Part shown: positions 1 through 13,790 of the stretch, piece by piece
How positions within the stretch are numbered: position 1 is the stretch's first letter
Layout of the letters: each line of letters opens with the position of its first letter
Origin: the human T2T-CHM13v2.0 reference genome, Homo sapiens
Reading direction: 5' to 3' (one strand)
Assembly: GCF_009914755.1 (NCBI RefSeq)
Contig: NC_060926.1
Length of the DNA: 64,000 bases
Notes under the pieces: model-generated
Databases searched by the model: none
What the model was told of the DNA's origin: nothing
What the model saw: the letters and a program-made list of their open reading frames with translations, nothing else
Translations under genes and position numbers: made by a program

Positions 1-327
1 AAGCCTATTTTCTTTTTGTTTGTTTTGTTTTGTCTTTACCTGATAAACTACTAAGATTTAAAATGAATTGGCCTACATTTTTGCCAATTTTTTACCTCTA
101 ACTTCCCAAAAAATTCTAAGATCAGTAAAATTGATTAAAGTTATTAAACAAGTAGGGAGGAAAAGACACATTTAAGAGCCTGGATAAAACAGTGATGGGA
201 AAATCCACACACGATTGACTTACTTAACTGTATTTAATTAGGAAAAATCTCTAGAATTTAGAGGAAACTGGAATTTTCATCTGAGAAGCTCCAGGTTGTT
301 TACAGTTCAACTTGCCTCAGTTTGCCT

Positions 328-353
328 CACTGAGCCACTGAGCCACTGAGCCA
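328..353. repeat. Short tandem repeat (CACTGAGC)x3
   Basis: cactgagc-cactgagc-cactgagc-ca read directly; preceded by ttgcctca x2. Confidence 0.9.
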
Positions 354-1992
354 TGCTGGTATAAAAGGAGCGAAGGCAAAGAAAAACAAGGACCTCACCT
401 AAGGGAGAGATGGGACAGAAGATCCAGCCACCTGCCTGAGCAAGAGGAGCTGTTTGCTGTGGGACTCTGAGCAAAGAGTAGTGACTTACCAATGACCTTT
501 CCTCTTCACGCTTCCTGGGACTGTCTCCCCTTTTCCATACTGTGGAACTGTCCCTTCCACATAAATCCAAACATGGATCACCATTTTTGCGCCTCCAAAA
601 TGGGCCAGAAGACACATCCCTGACCACATCATAACCCAGAAAGCCAGATGCTGATGACACACTTCGCAGCCGAGATCTCATTGCCTTGGTATCTGGGACC
701 ACAACTAAGTACTTTCCAACTGTATTGTTACCTCATTATTATTCAAATTTCATCTGTATTGGCACGTTAATTAAGTAAAGATTTGGAAAAGAATTGTGCA
801 TATGCTTCAAATCTAGAAAAAGTTTTGATGGCTGTATTCTCAATGGAAAAGTGATGTTTTAGAAAGAGGGATGACATTTTATAACATTAGATGGCATTTT
901 CCTGGGGACAGGGGAACAGGAACATATGAATCCTGCCTTAATCTCACAGCTTTTTCCTGTAATGTCCCCATAAAAACAAGGGACCACAGCAAATGAGAAA
1001 TTAAAGTCCGCTTCATTATTAGCCTGGCTAATGCCAAATAAACAAATGCAGAACTTTCTGGTAATTTGCCTAGGACACATGGCATACTCTCAGATCACAG
1101 TCCAGACCACCAAACTCTAAATTAAATATCTTATCTTAGAATCTTAGCATCCTTGGGCTGCTCACATGGAACAGGAGACAGAAGTAATAAATAAGGAAAG
1201 TATTGCATGGAAAAAGAAATAAAATTAACCTGGAGAAATTTCAGAGACAGGGTCTTTTATTAAAACAAGACAACAAACAAATGAAATGTACTCTACCATA
1301 AAAAACAGCTCTTCTATAAAAAGTTATCTGTCATCAGGCAGACAGATCTTCTGAACCTAATGTCTAAGTGATAGATAGAGAGGGAGTGTGTGTTCCAGCA
1401 TAAAACCCTGAGTACAAGAAGAAAAGAAGAGATGGCTAAACTAAGGCCCTGTCACCAATCTAGCCATAAGATTAAAGGAGAAAGTAAATTTTAGCCTATG
1501 ATGAACTTCCCACTAGTGAATATGGACCACCCCAGCAGCAGAGAATCCAACATAGTTTAGTACCTCAGTTTCTTAGGAAAAAGTGAAGAACAGGGCAAGA
1601 GGGTGAAGAAACTGTTTCCCCAACCCCGTACAACTCAAAGATTGGTTAAAAGAGAAAGAAAGGCTTTTATTTATTTTGAGGTTGTTGTTTTATTGTCGTC
1701 ATTAATACTAGAGTTGTGAGTCCCTTGCACCTTGGAGGGGAATTTATACGGGAACTCCTGCAACCATCACAATTACATCTTTTTTTAGAGTAAGATATTG
1801 CAAGAAGCCCACAGGTCCCAGCCCATACATTGAATGGTTCAAGTTAAAAAAATAATAATAATACTAACCCTTGTTAACCTTTGCCTAGCAATCCTGACCC
1901 TCCCAGGGTGTGAGAATCCAAGCAAGAATCACAGTGACAGCTATGCAGGTATCAAAAAGGAGCCTCAGAAAGATTAATTTGACCAAGATCTC

Positions 1993-2348
1993 TGTATTAG
2001 TCTGTTCTCACGCTGCTATGAAGAAATACCCGACACTGGGTAATTTATAAAGGAAAGAGGTTTAATTGACTCACAGTTCTGCAGGGGTGGGGAGGCCTCA
2101 GAAAACTTACAATCATGGCAGAAGGTGCCCTTTCACAGGGCAGCAGGAGAGAGAATGAGTGCCGAGCGAAGGGGGATGCCTCTTATAAACCCATCAGATC
2201 TCATGAGACCCACTCATTATCGTGAGAACGGCATGATGGAAACTGCCCCCATGATTCAATTATCTGCATCTGGTCCTGCCCTTGGCACGCGGGGATTATT
2301 ATATTTCAAGGTGAGATTTGGGTGGGGACACAGAGCCAAATCATATCT
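1993..2348 (-). mobile_element. THE1C/THE1D-like MaLR solo LTR
   Basis: Starts tgtattagtctgttctcacgctgctatgaagaaatacc and ends cagagccaaatcatatct (reverse complement of THE1 LTR). Perfect 5-bp TSD ATCTC at 1988-1992 and 2349-2353. Confidence 0.93.
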
Positions 2349-2406
2349 ATCTCATAGCTAATAAATGTGATCTTGGGCTAAGTCCAGAGTCTATGCTACA
2401 GTCATT

Positions 2407-2432
2407 AAAAAAAAAAAAAAAAAAAAAAAAAA
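2407..2432 (+). repeat. Poly(A)26 tract
   Basis: Pure A run following gtcatt. Confidence 0.95.
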
Positions 2433-2634
2433 TCTGAGATTCTCATACCAGAATTGTACAATTAATTACAACAGGTTTTGGAAATCACTTGATTTTTTTT
2501 GTCTCATTAGCCATTGCAATTTGGCCTGCATAAAAATATTCAAAGTAGACACTGAATTACTCTATGTTTTCTGTATACAAACGGAGCCAAGCAAGCATTG
2601 TTCACCATGTTCTTTGTAGCATTCTCTAAATAAT

Positions 2635-3208
<574 letters not shown>

Positions 3209-3468
3209 CTAAAGAAAACATTCTTTCTTATGAAAATTTATAATCACCTTAATCATATGCTTGATCACCCCAAGTAGCTAGATACCTGAGTTAAAACAAC
3301 TATTGAGTTGAAACAATTGTAGGGATATGTACTTACATTTTGTATTAAATATATTATGTATTTATTATAACTGATCTCATTAACAGGTTCCAGAAAATGA
3401 GGGTTTCCTTAGTTATGCATAAATGTATATAAATGTGCTTTCTAGCTTTTATGTTATTTTACACTCTA

Positions 3469-3470
<2 letters not shown>

Positions 3471-3496
<26 letters not shown>
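3471..3496. repeat. (TG)13 microsatellite
   Basis: Read directly. Confidence 0.95.
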
Positions 3497-3500
<4 letters not shown>

Positions 3501-3974
3501 TGCATACATCTAGATCCATGTTTATAGAAGCACATACTCTATGTGCCACTGGGCACTGGCAAAAACGATTGGTCAACATCTTAAAGTATCCCTTGTGGTT
3601 TAGGACTGAACTCTCCTCTATTTCCTCTCCACAAAGGAAAATGATCCTTAATCTATAGGGAAGGGAGGGAGGGCAGAAGCACAATAAGCACTGTTATCCT
3701 TGGACCACAATATTTTATGTTAAATGAGCACAAAATCTCACAAGACACTGAGAAAGGCCAGTGGGAGCAGGTCTGCGTAGAATCACAGCTTCACAGTAAA
3801 ACAGCGGGGAGAACTCTCTTTCTTTCCATCCCCATCAGTACCTTTCTTGTGATACTTGTGATACTTGTGCTACCATGTAATGTTGTCATTTTGTTAATTT
3901 AGAAAATGTTATTCATTTTCCCCCTTCCTGTTCCATCCTAGGATACTGTGCCTGTACGTATCCACCTTTCCATT

Positions 3975-4132
3975 TCCTTTGCAGCACTAACCACATTCCC
4001 TAATGTTTTCCCTTTGTTTCCTTGTGCTTTTTCTTCTCCCACTAGAACATAAGTCTCACAAGAACGGAGGTTTGTCTCTCTTGTTCCTTGTTGTCAGCAT
4101 CTAATATATATTTGCTGAATGACGGAATGAAT
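3975..4132 (+). mobile_element. L2 3' end fragment
   Basis: cccactagaacataagtctc...cttgttc...atatttgctgaatgacggaatgaatg resembles the L2 terminus. Confidence 0.65.
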
Positions 4133-5263
4133 GTTAAATATGTGGTTGATTATGTGTCTTGCCACGTCTGTTCCACAGAGATCTAAGAGATACTCACTGG
4201 TGAACAGGGAGAAGGATTTCTCCTGGGGGTAACAACTTTAGGGCCACCTTAGAACTGAACCAAGGAAGGACATCCATACAGAACCAGAGAGGAGTCTGGC
4301 TTTGACTCTGAGGTGTGCCATCAAGACAAGATTGGGGTTTGAATACCTGCATTATTTTGTAAGTTGAACTACTCTTTCCCCTAGACTTTTGGCAAGTATT
4401 GTTAAAATCTTAGTCTGCTATCAGTGGAGCTGGGAGAGCCAAAGAAAGGAGCATTCACTTTCTGAGCCTGGAGGGAAGAGGGAATTCCAGGTGGACATGC
4501 ATGGAGATGACAGTGCCAGCAGAATAACACTCTCAACAGCTGTTATTAAGGAAGGACACTAAGAACATACCAGCGCAGAGAAGGGTCAGAGCAGAGGCAA
4601 GGGGATTGTTGAAGAAAAGGTGAAAGTCTGAGAAATGCCTGCAGATATTTTGAGGGGAGAGAGCACTTCCAGCAGAATGGCCAGACAGGGTTCATGCTTT
4701 AACATGGATATTGAAACAATGCCTTGTTTTGTAGCTATGTTTTATAAGGCTGATGCCTTATGACTTATGAACACATCTGTTTAAAACCCTCTACAGTCTC
4801 CTCAGTGTTAATATTGGTGACTAAACTTTTAGGGAAAAAAGTGGATAATCATTCCTTCTCTTTTGAGGCACACACCTTAAAATTCTATGCCATGTATTTC
4901 CTCGGATAGCTATATTAAAATAAATATGTGTGTGTATTAAAAATTATATATATGTATATATTTCTTTTCAGTCAAAAAAGAACTTATTTTGATCCCTGAT
5001 GAAACACTTATTTGAACTCTACAGTACTCATCCATCTAAAACCCTTTCAGGTTCATCATCACAAAATCAATTTTCCTTTGAATAGTATCAAATAGCCATG
5101 TACTGGCCTAACATAGACAGCCATGGTCTGTACAGTCACCTTATGCTGCGCAGAACCATCCAGGGCCCCATGCTTCTTGGCTCCTGGATGCTTATTTCCC
5201 ATCTGTCTTGAATTCTCTCCCCATCAGCAAGGCTGTTTCAAAGCTGAGGCCACAGTCTGATGC

Positions 5264-5702
5264 TGTATTAGTTGTCTGGGTCTGAGTGCCACAAACTGGG
5301 AAGCTTAAGAGAAATTCACTTTCTTAAACTGCTGGAGGCTATAAATCTGAAATCAAGGTGTCGGCAGTGTTGGTTTCCTCTGAGGGCCATGAGGAAGGGT
5401 CTGTTCTGTGCCTCTTTCCTGGCTTCTGGTGGTTGCTGGCAAACTTTGGCGTTCCTTGGTTTGTAGAAGTATCACCATAATTTCTGCCTTCATTTTCACA
5501 TGGCATTCTCCCTGTGTGGGTGTGTCTCTGTGTCCAGATTTTTCCTTTTCTTAGGACACATTCATACTGGATTAGGGCTCACCCTAATGATCTCATCTTA
5601 ACTTGATCTCTGCAAAGACCCTGTTTCCAAATGAGGTCACATTTACAGGTTCTGGCGGTTAGAACTATAATCTTTTAAGGAGATTTGGTGCAACTCAAAA
5701 CA
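5264..5702 (-). mobile_element. MLT1C-like MaLR solo LTR
   Basis: tgtattagtt...ccacaaactggg...aaatcaaggtgtcggcag...ggattagggctcaccctaatga...tgcaaagaccctgtttccaaatgaggtcacatt...aca. Confidence 0.85.
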
Positions 5703-6199
5703 GGTGGGATGAGGGAGGTGCGTACTGAAGATACATCTAACTAACTCTTCCCACCCCCTTCATTATGATTTCCCACGTTAACTTTTCATGCTACTGGTTA
5801 TGTCTGAAACCTCCTGTTTTCTTTTCAAACCTCATCTCTCCTACTTGAAAACACAGAATTTTAACCCTATTGATAAAACACCCCAGATTATTTTAGTTTG
5901 ATTTCCTTCTGAAGAAAGAAATCAATCTTCTCTTTCCAAAGAATCTACGATTTGAAATTCTGGGTGATTTTGTCTTTTCCAAAATGTTTGAAAGAAAGGC
6001 AGTATTCTGGTGCAGACAAAAGGAAGAGGTAGAAAGTTATTTTGTTTTCCATGCTGCTGTTTTGTTGTTCCTTTTGCCCATTATTCCCATTCTTAAAAAC
6101 CTACAATCAATTATCATATTCACTTTCTACCACTGTCCATTGTAAATCATTCTCGAAGCACACTAAGTTACTAAGCAATTCTCCAACCAGAGCATGTTT

Positions 6200-6420
6200 T
6201 TTGTTTCCTTTTCACATGCCATTTCCTCTGTCTGGAATAACCATACCTCCCTTGTTCATCTGGAAAACTCCTACCCAACCTCCAAAATCTCAATTAAGTG
6301 CCATCTTTCCCAAATTCCTCAGAGATTTGAACTCTCTCCACCTTCACCCTTTTCAATAATTTATACAAGCTTCTATCATCACAGCTTCACCATTTTTTGC
6401 TGTGATTGTTTTGACCCTTC
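6200..6420 (+). mobile_element. L2 fragment
   Basis: cacatgccatttcctctgtctggaat...ctggaaaactcctac...tctcaattaagtgccatct is a typical L2 segment. Confidence 0.6.
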
Positions 6421-6746
6421 TGGGCCCTGGCCAGCATTTAATACAAGTTTGAGAGACACTTACAGAAAAGGAATATGCAAGTCATGGAGGAGCACTTTAC
6501 AGCTCTTCATTGCCCTTGTGTGCAAAAGAAGTACACGTTCTCTGCATTTGCCACTGATCATACAGTCTTTCTATGAGGGAGTTCAAAGAACAGAGAAAGA
6601 CATTGCAGTTTCGTAAAATAAACACTGAAGGTTCACAAGAGCCAAATCTTTGGATTGGGTATATATTCAGAGAGGAGTTTGAGGAAAAACTGTTGATTGA
6701 GGACACTAGCTAACCTCAGAAGAATCTGGCCTTTTGTTCACGTTCA

Positions 6747-7144
<398 letters not shown>

Positions 7145-7213
7145 TTATCCATTTGGCTTTGGCCCTTCAATATTTTTTGGTAGTGAAAGCCCAAGCTGAT
7201 CCATAGTTTGAGT

Positions 7214-7516
<303 letters not shown>

Positions 7517-10500
7517 CATAGTTTGAGTTCTGAAGGGAAATTTGAGTCAGTGTTACCCATTCACCAAGCAGAGGGTCACCTGGAATGGCTGGATAAGGGC
7601 TTTGTACACTCATCATTCGTAGTCTCGGTAGGTGCTGCCTCTTGCCTCAAACATTGACGTCTAAACAATCAGCAACTTCTACCAGTACGACTTTAATAAA
7701 CTCCTCAACATTCTAAATGTAGCATCTGAAACTCCATAAACAGGAGTGAACTAGTAGCAGTCTGAAGTTGTCATCATTGACAACTTATGATTTATCTTAA
7801 CTCTCCCTAGCCATTTGGCCATGACTTTAAGTAAACACTTTCCGTCTTCCTCATGTTCTCGTTACTGCCACCTCCCACTAATAAGAAAGACTGCCAAGAA
7901 AAGCATCCAGACAGTTCATTTACCTCCCAAACTTGCCTGAAAGTAGCCGCCCCAGTTTAGACAAGGGGCAAAGCAACTACTGCACATTTTCAACAGATGG
8001 AACAATGCTTCCCAAATTATTTACATTAACATTATTTGCTTTCAGGATGTGTGTGTAATGAATTGGTAGTTGAATAAAATATTATGGTGCAGGCTGAGGC
8101 ACCAGCAGTTCAGGCAGGCCATTTATGGTGATAGATGGTGATAGGCGGTTTTGCTTTCTAAGAAGCTGGGGAGCTTTAGGCAATCTCTCTTTGCTAAGTT
8201 CTTGGCACCATTTTGTTCTATCGGGTTCCAGAAGCTTGGTCTAAATGTACAGGGAGGTTTCCTATTTTAACCATGGTGGCCAGAGAACACCAAGCCTGTT
8301 CTCTACTCACCCATCAACAAATGGTCAAGAGAGTTGGGTTGCTCTGTTATGCAGATGGCCACAGAGTGATAGGTGTTTCCTGCATTTTCTGTGAGTGTCA
8401 TGAAACCATGTCTAACAGAAGATGGGAGACTTTCCCTCATTAATCTGATGGAGCCCACATGTGATTCGACCTTCCTGAAATTTTAATGGCCTGTCCACAC
8501 CAAGCCCAAGGTACTGTTACACACCATGGAATGTGGGTCACTAGGAGGACCATATGCTTAGTTGTATTACTTTTATATCTTCTAAACTAAACCAAGAGTC
8601 AAATGCTCACTGAAGATGACTGAGCACAGTATGTGAAAAGAGTAAGGAGAGCCCTGCTATTTCTGCAGGTGCCCATGCACTAAATACACAGCCCTGGGGC
8701 TTACAGCAGTTGTATTAGAGTTGGAAATATGCCATGTTGAACACCCTCAATGCCAGGGTCAATCTTGTGGCAGTGGTTCCTGGGTTCTATCTGGGGCCTT
8801 ACTTTTAATCTATAAGAGTTGTCAGGCTAAAGTGGCAGTTCTCTAGGTGGGATGCCTTAAGTGATCATGCATTTATTAAGTATTCACTGAGTACATTTGG
8901 GATCCAAGGTTCTGTGTCTGGTTCCACAAGGGACACTTTGAGTGCCTCTCCGGAAACTCCCTGTGTAACAGATGTAAAATTCCATTCAATATCTAAGAGG
9001 TAGACCTCAAGGGAATTTCTCAAGTTTTTTTGGAGTGGTGAATAAAGTGAACATAGGCTCTTGCCTGTTCTTGGTGTTTATCAGAGAACAACAGAGGGTG
9101 CACCAGGGGTGGGGCTGTTATTGCTCTGGTAATGAATTTATCATTATTGGATTGGGTGCTAAGCAGACAGATGAGACACCACAGGCTGTGCAAGCCAAGT
9201 TGATTAGGGGGCCTACAGAGTAACTTGAGATACAGAAAGCGGTCCCAAGCCCTTTCTCCAGATGTGTCATCAGAGTACTATCTGGTGTTATTTGTTCTTT
9301 CTCTTTCTCTGTCTCTTTCTCTTTTCTTTCTCTCTTCCTCCCTATTTTTATCCTTCTTCCTTTCTTCAAGGAGTCTTCACAAGTATCTCATTTTATTCTC
9401 TAAACTTCCTGTTAATCCTCAGTGACTCCCGTTCTCTGAGTCCTGAATTCCTCATTTGCAGTTGAGGGGCTTTCTCTTAAGTCATATCCACCTTTTTCAG
9501 AGCAGGGGCCCGTGATGGCTTAGCCCAAGTGGGAGGCTGCCTGATTCCATCCCACACTGAATCTGAGCAGCATTCTCAGACACCAGCAAGCACCACCAGG
9601 TCGGAAGGAGGAGACCCACAAGGGAGCCGGAAGGACCATATGCCAGGATGTCCCATCTTAGTGTTACTAGTCTGTGTGATTTTGCCAGAGGTGGGGAACA
9701 ACAGCAGCAACAATAACAACAAAAACATTTCACCCTACTGCTTTGAGGCATTTTTAAAATACCTTGGATTTTGATGTTATGAAAGGAAGAAACAACATTT
9801 CTGTATTTATCAAAGGGGGTCAATACTTGGAGAAAAGAATAAATCGTTGCCATGCAACTCTCTTCTCCCCATCCCAACCTGCCCCAGGCTGATGTCTCAG
9901 GTAACCTCGACCACAGTGACCGCCATTCCTTGACATCTTGTCCTAGGTCCTGCACAAACATTCCTAGGAGCAGGAGCTCAGTTTTCCTAGGCAAGTGTTT
10001 GACCCAGGTGACTATGCATTTCCTAAGTTTAAAGGCTGATTCTTTTCACTCTCCTAAATCTCCCTCAGCCCTCGGCATGAGACTTTACACAAAAGGGAGA
10101 TTTTTTTTCAACCTCTTTATAGCCGCTGCTTTTTAACCAATCAAATTTTGTGACAAAGGCAATTATACTCTTATTTCCCAGGGAAAATGTGCCCAGACAC
10201 ATAAGCCAACAACACCCACAGGCATTCACGCAAATATATGCATAGATGCCCAGAATGTCCACATAGACAGTCACAGGGAGGTGCACACAAGGATAGTGGG
10301 TTTATACATGGACACATGGACCCAGAAACAGATACCTCCCTGGGCTGTGCACACATCATACCCCACCCTTGCTGACATCACTGCCTTTGCTCAGAGCTCC
10401 TGGCTCTGCAGTTTGGGCTCAGTTCCTTCAGGCTGGAACCCAGCAGGACCCAGCCTGGGCTGGCTGGGCTGAGCTGTACTGGACAAGATGGGGCAGGGCA

Positions 10501-11214
10501 GGGCCAGCCAGGGCAAAGCCACAGATGAGCTCAGGTGTCAGACTCCGCCCAAGTGGGAGCTTCCTGAGTCCAGGATGACTCAGGCCCTGCCATACTCGGG
10601 TTACTCCAGCTTAACCGCCCTGAAATGGCCTTGCAGCCCCACTGACCACACCGTTCCTCCCCAGCTTTCCAGTGGCCAGATGTGTGGTATACATTTCACC
10701 CTAAGCCAAACACAGGGGCTTGCCCAGCCAAAAGGAACTAGAATCTGTGTGCCACTTCAAGACTCCAGAGAAGGGAGCCCTCAGTGTTTCTGCCTTGGCC
10801 AAAGGCTCCTAGGAAGCTGCCTCAAGGTTCTTTCAGGACTGGTTCTGGAGCAGGGACCCAACTGCCCAACTAATTTTTGAATTTTTTGCAGGGGCAAGGT
10901 TTCACTATGTGCACTTGTGGGTGCACAAGGGATGATTATGCATGGTAGTAACTCTAGCATCCTTTGATGCCTGGGCAAACAGAATGGCTTCCACTTTTAT
11001 AAGTCCCAGGAACTCTCAGGTGTCCACATTTGGATCCAGGCAGGTTCTTTATCCATGGTGTGAGTGATTTTCATCGTTTCACATCACAAGCACTTAGAGG
11101 CCACTTGCCCTGTGGCTGGCTCGGCACTTGCTCAGACCGGGCCTTCTTCCTGGGAAGTTAAGTTTGGCTTGGGGAGTTTGGCAATCAGAAGAGTAAAGCA
11201 GCAAAAATAACAAA

Positions 11215-11395
11215 GGCCTGAACTTCAAACAGAGGGGGAATCAACTCCTGTGTATACCTCCAACTAGCCGTGTGACCAGAAAGTTACCCTAAGGCTCACT
11301 TAGCCCCCATTCTGTTCTCAGCTGTAAAGTGGGAAAATCTATTTAATCTATTTAACACAGCTTCTCTGAGAATTGTATGAGTTCTGTATATGATA
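11215..11395 (+). mobile_element. MIR fragment
   Basis: actagccgtgtgacc...ttctcagctgtaaagtggg...gagaattgtatgag resembles the MIR core. Confidence 0.5.
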
Positions 11396-11695
11396 ACAAT
11401 AGTGATAATGACAGATAGAATGGTTATTTCTTATTGAATGTTAACAATATAAAGAAATTGGACCAAACTTGGCAACATTTATGACTCTCCTCTGAGGTAA
11501 CTTTTATTTTTATCCTGTTTAACTGTAGCTGCATTGGAATAATTTGTCAATAAAGTATGGGAAGATGAAGACAGAACTCCATGAGGTATTTAAATTTTAC
11601 CAGAGGCTCTTGAACAGGAAAATGCTTACAGTTCTCAATGAGTGAATCTCAAATGATGAAATTTTATACAACATGATAGGGAGAAAGGAAGACAA

Positions 11696-11944
11696 TTTTT
11701 TTAATGAGACAGTATCACTCTGTCACCCAGGCTGGTATGCAGTGGCACGATCATAGCTCACTGAAACTTCAAATTCCTGGACTCCAGTGATCCTCCTTCT
11801 TCAGCTCCCAAGTAGCTAGGACCACAGGTGCATGCTACCATGCCCAACTAATTTTTGAATTTTTTGCAGGGACAAGCTTTCACTATGTTGTCCAGGCTGG
11901 TCTCAAACTCTTGGCCTCAAGCAATCCTCCTGCCTCTCCAGAGC
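11696..11944 (-). mobile_element. AluJ-type SINE, 5'-truncated
   Basis: T tail, then gatcatagctcactg...ggcctcaagcaatcctcctgcctc; Alu similarity stops roughly 40 nt short of the Alu 5' end. Confidence 0.9.
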
Positions 11945-11999
11945 ATGTGGTTTGCGGGACTTGCCTCAGATACTTCAGGGGCAATCAGAAACTGGTTGA

Positions 12000-12392
12000 A
12001 GCTGAACAGAGTAACCAATCTCACTGGTGCAAGTGACTGGTTCAGAAATGGATCCATCATCCTGCCTGGAAGTCAAATCCCGGGCTTTATATTGTTGTGA
12101 AAATAATCTTATCCTTGTTCTGGACTTAAAGTGGGAGTATGTGTATTCAGAAACTACTGATCTTGTAATCATTAAAAGAGAGTCTGACCAAGAAAGAAGC
12201 CAGCTTACAGGGTTTTATGTTAGATGGGGGTGAAAGAAACTGAGTCACAGAGACACCAGTTGAACCCATGGTTCAGCCTTGCCTAAAGCTAGACCTACAG
12301 TTGGATGTTTCAGTTACATTAAGCAATAAAATTCCTATGTAGATTTGGGCCAGGTTTTATAATTCTTGAAATCCAAAATTTCCAACTGATGC
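12000..12392 (+). mobile_element. Old MLT1-family LTR remnant (MLT1J/K-like)
   Basis: gtgactggttcag...cagccttgcctaaagctagacc...tttcagttacattaagcaataaaattcct...aactgatgca resembles an old MLT1 3' half. Left boundary uncertain. Confidence 0.6.
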
Positions 12393-12482
12393 AATTTTTG
12401 GAGCCTTTGCATGGACTAAAACTGATCTTGAATTTTCATATAGTATAGCCGAGCTGGATGGATTACAGGATAGATGGGGCCA

Positions 12483-12600
12483 GGGCAGGAGCAGTGGCTC
12501 ATGCCTGTAATTCTAGCACATAGGGAGGCTGAGGTGGGAGGACAGCTTGAGCCCAGGAGTTCAAAACTAGCCTGGGCAACAGAGTGAGACCTCACCTTGT
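12483..12600 (+). mobile_element. FLAM_C-like Alu monomer, followed by (TA)n/(GGAT)n
   Basis: gcagtggctcatgcctgtaat...gcttgagcccaggagttcaaaactagcctgggcaacagagtgagacc; no right arm. Confidence 0.85.
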
Positions 12601-12789
12601 TTTATATATATATAAATATATATATGGATAGATGGATGGATGGAAGAATAAATTAAAATGTGAATGAATGAATAATGGAAAGCAGGACTTTTGTTAAACT
12701 TTCTATATTGTGTTTTGTTAAACACAATAACAAGTATTGTGTTAGATTCTTTATATGACATTGCCAATGATGTAGACCAAAAACATATC

Positions 12790-13030
12790 TTGTTTATTCC
12801 TCATAGCAATTCTGCAAGACAATTATTGGCATCATTATCAAAGATGAAGAAATTGCAGTTTGAGGAGAGTGAGAGATAAAGTCAAACAACTGATACATAG
12901 AAATCAAAGGATTAGTGCAATATCTGTCATATGCCAAAGCCTGTAAGCCTCCTACAGTGCCCCCTGCCTTTTCTGAGCCTCAGCTTTCTTATCCGTAAAA
13001 TGGCATTGATAATACTTCTTTCCTAATGTT
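12790..13030. mobile_element. MIR fragments (minus then plus)
   Basis: aagatgaagaaattgcag (antisense core) and ctgagcctcagctttcttatccgtaaaatgg (sense core). Confidence 0.6.
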
Positions 13031-13414
13031 AATTGAACAAAAGAAGGTAGGTGAGTGTGTGTAGTTGTGTGTGTATATTTACCTGTGTGTGTGTGGTACA
13101 TGTCTCTCTAATTCTTTCCCTGTATTCCTACCATTATTAAGTGATATAAACTTAGCATTCAAGATAGATGGGTGTTTTCATCCTCAAAAATTTTTTCTTT
13201 CATTTTCCTAATATCACATGATTATGTGCACAGTGAAATCTGCATCCAAATTTGAATTCACTCTTCACTCTGCATGCTAACTTTGCACTATTATTCAAGG
13301 TTTACTTACCTAGAAAATTAAGGAAAATCTATTTTCCCATAGCTCATACTAACTGAAGCCTCTTCTCAGAAATCTCCCTGGAAGTTTGGGGTTCCTCTAT
13401 GTGTGACTTGGAGA

Positions 13415-13565
13415 CATCATAACCACTACTGCACTGATGACGCCTCTACCACTTTCACCGCCACCAACAGCAACTCCTTGACCAATACCTTCCTCCTTCA
13501 CTACTGCCTCCACCAGAACCTCTTCCATCTCCAACACCTCCACCATCACCACCATGATAATCACT
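13415..13565. repeat. Degenerate (CAC/CAT/CTC)n triplet low-complexity tract
   Basis: accactactgcact...caccgccaccaacagcaac...caccatcaccaccat. Confidence 0.8.
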
Positions 13566-13639
13566 GTGATTGTAAAAACATCAGGACCTATAGTAAGCAA
13601 GATATTTGACACTTAGAATTCCTACTCCACACTAGAATC

Positions 13640-13790
13640 CTATCAAGGAGACATTTTATTTTGGCTTGCCTATAGGGAAACAAAGTCTCAGAAAAGTTGA
13701 ATAATCTCTCTAAAGTCTCACGACTTCTAAGCAGTAGAGCAAGAGGTTGACACCAAGCCCATCTGGACCCAAATACTGTGATGTCTTCAC
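13640..13790 (-). mobile_element. MIR fragment
   Basis: ggaaacaaagtctcagaaaagttgaataatctctctaaagtctcac...agtagagcaagaggttga. Confidence 0.6.

Noticed and set aside
8200-9250. Possible processed pseudogene or ERV internal sequence
   Set aside because: No recognisable protein in the listed ORFs, and no poly(A), TSD or LTR boundaries.
9497-10880. 165-aa and 130-aa ORFs in the GC-richer patch
   Set aside because: No homology I recognise; overlapping ORFs on both strands reflect lower stop density.
13397-13612. His-rich and Val/Glu-rich ORFs
   Set aside because: Artefact of the CAC/CAT triplet low-complexity tract.
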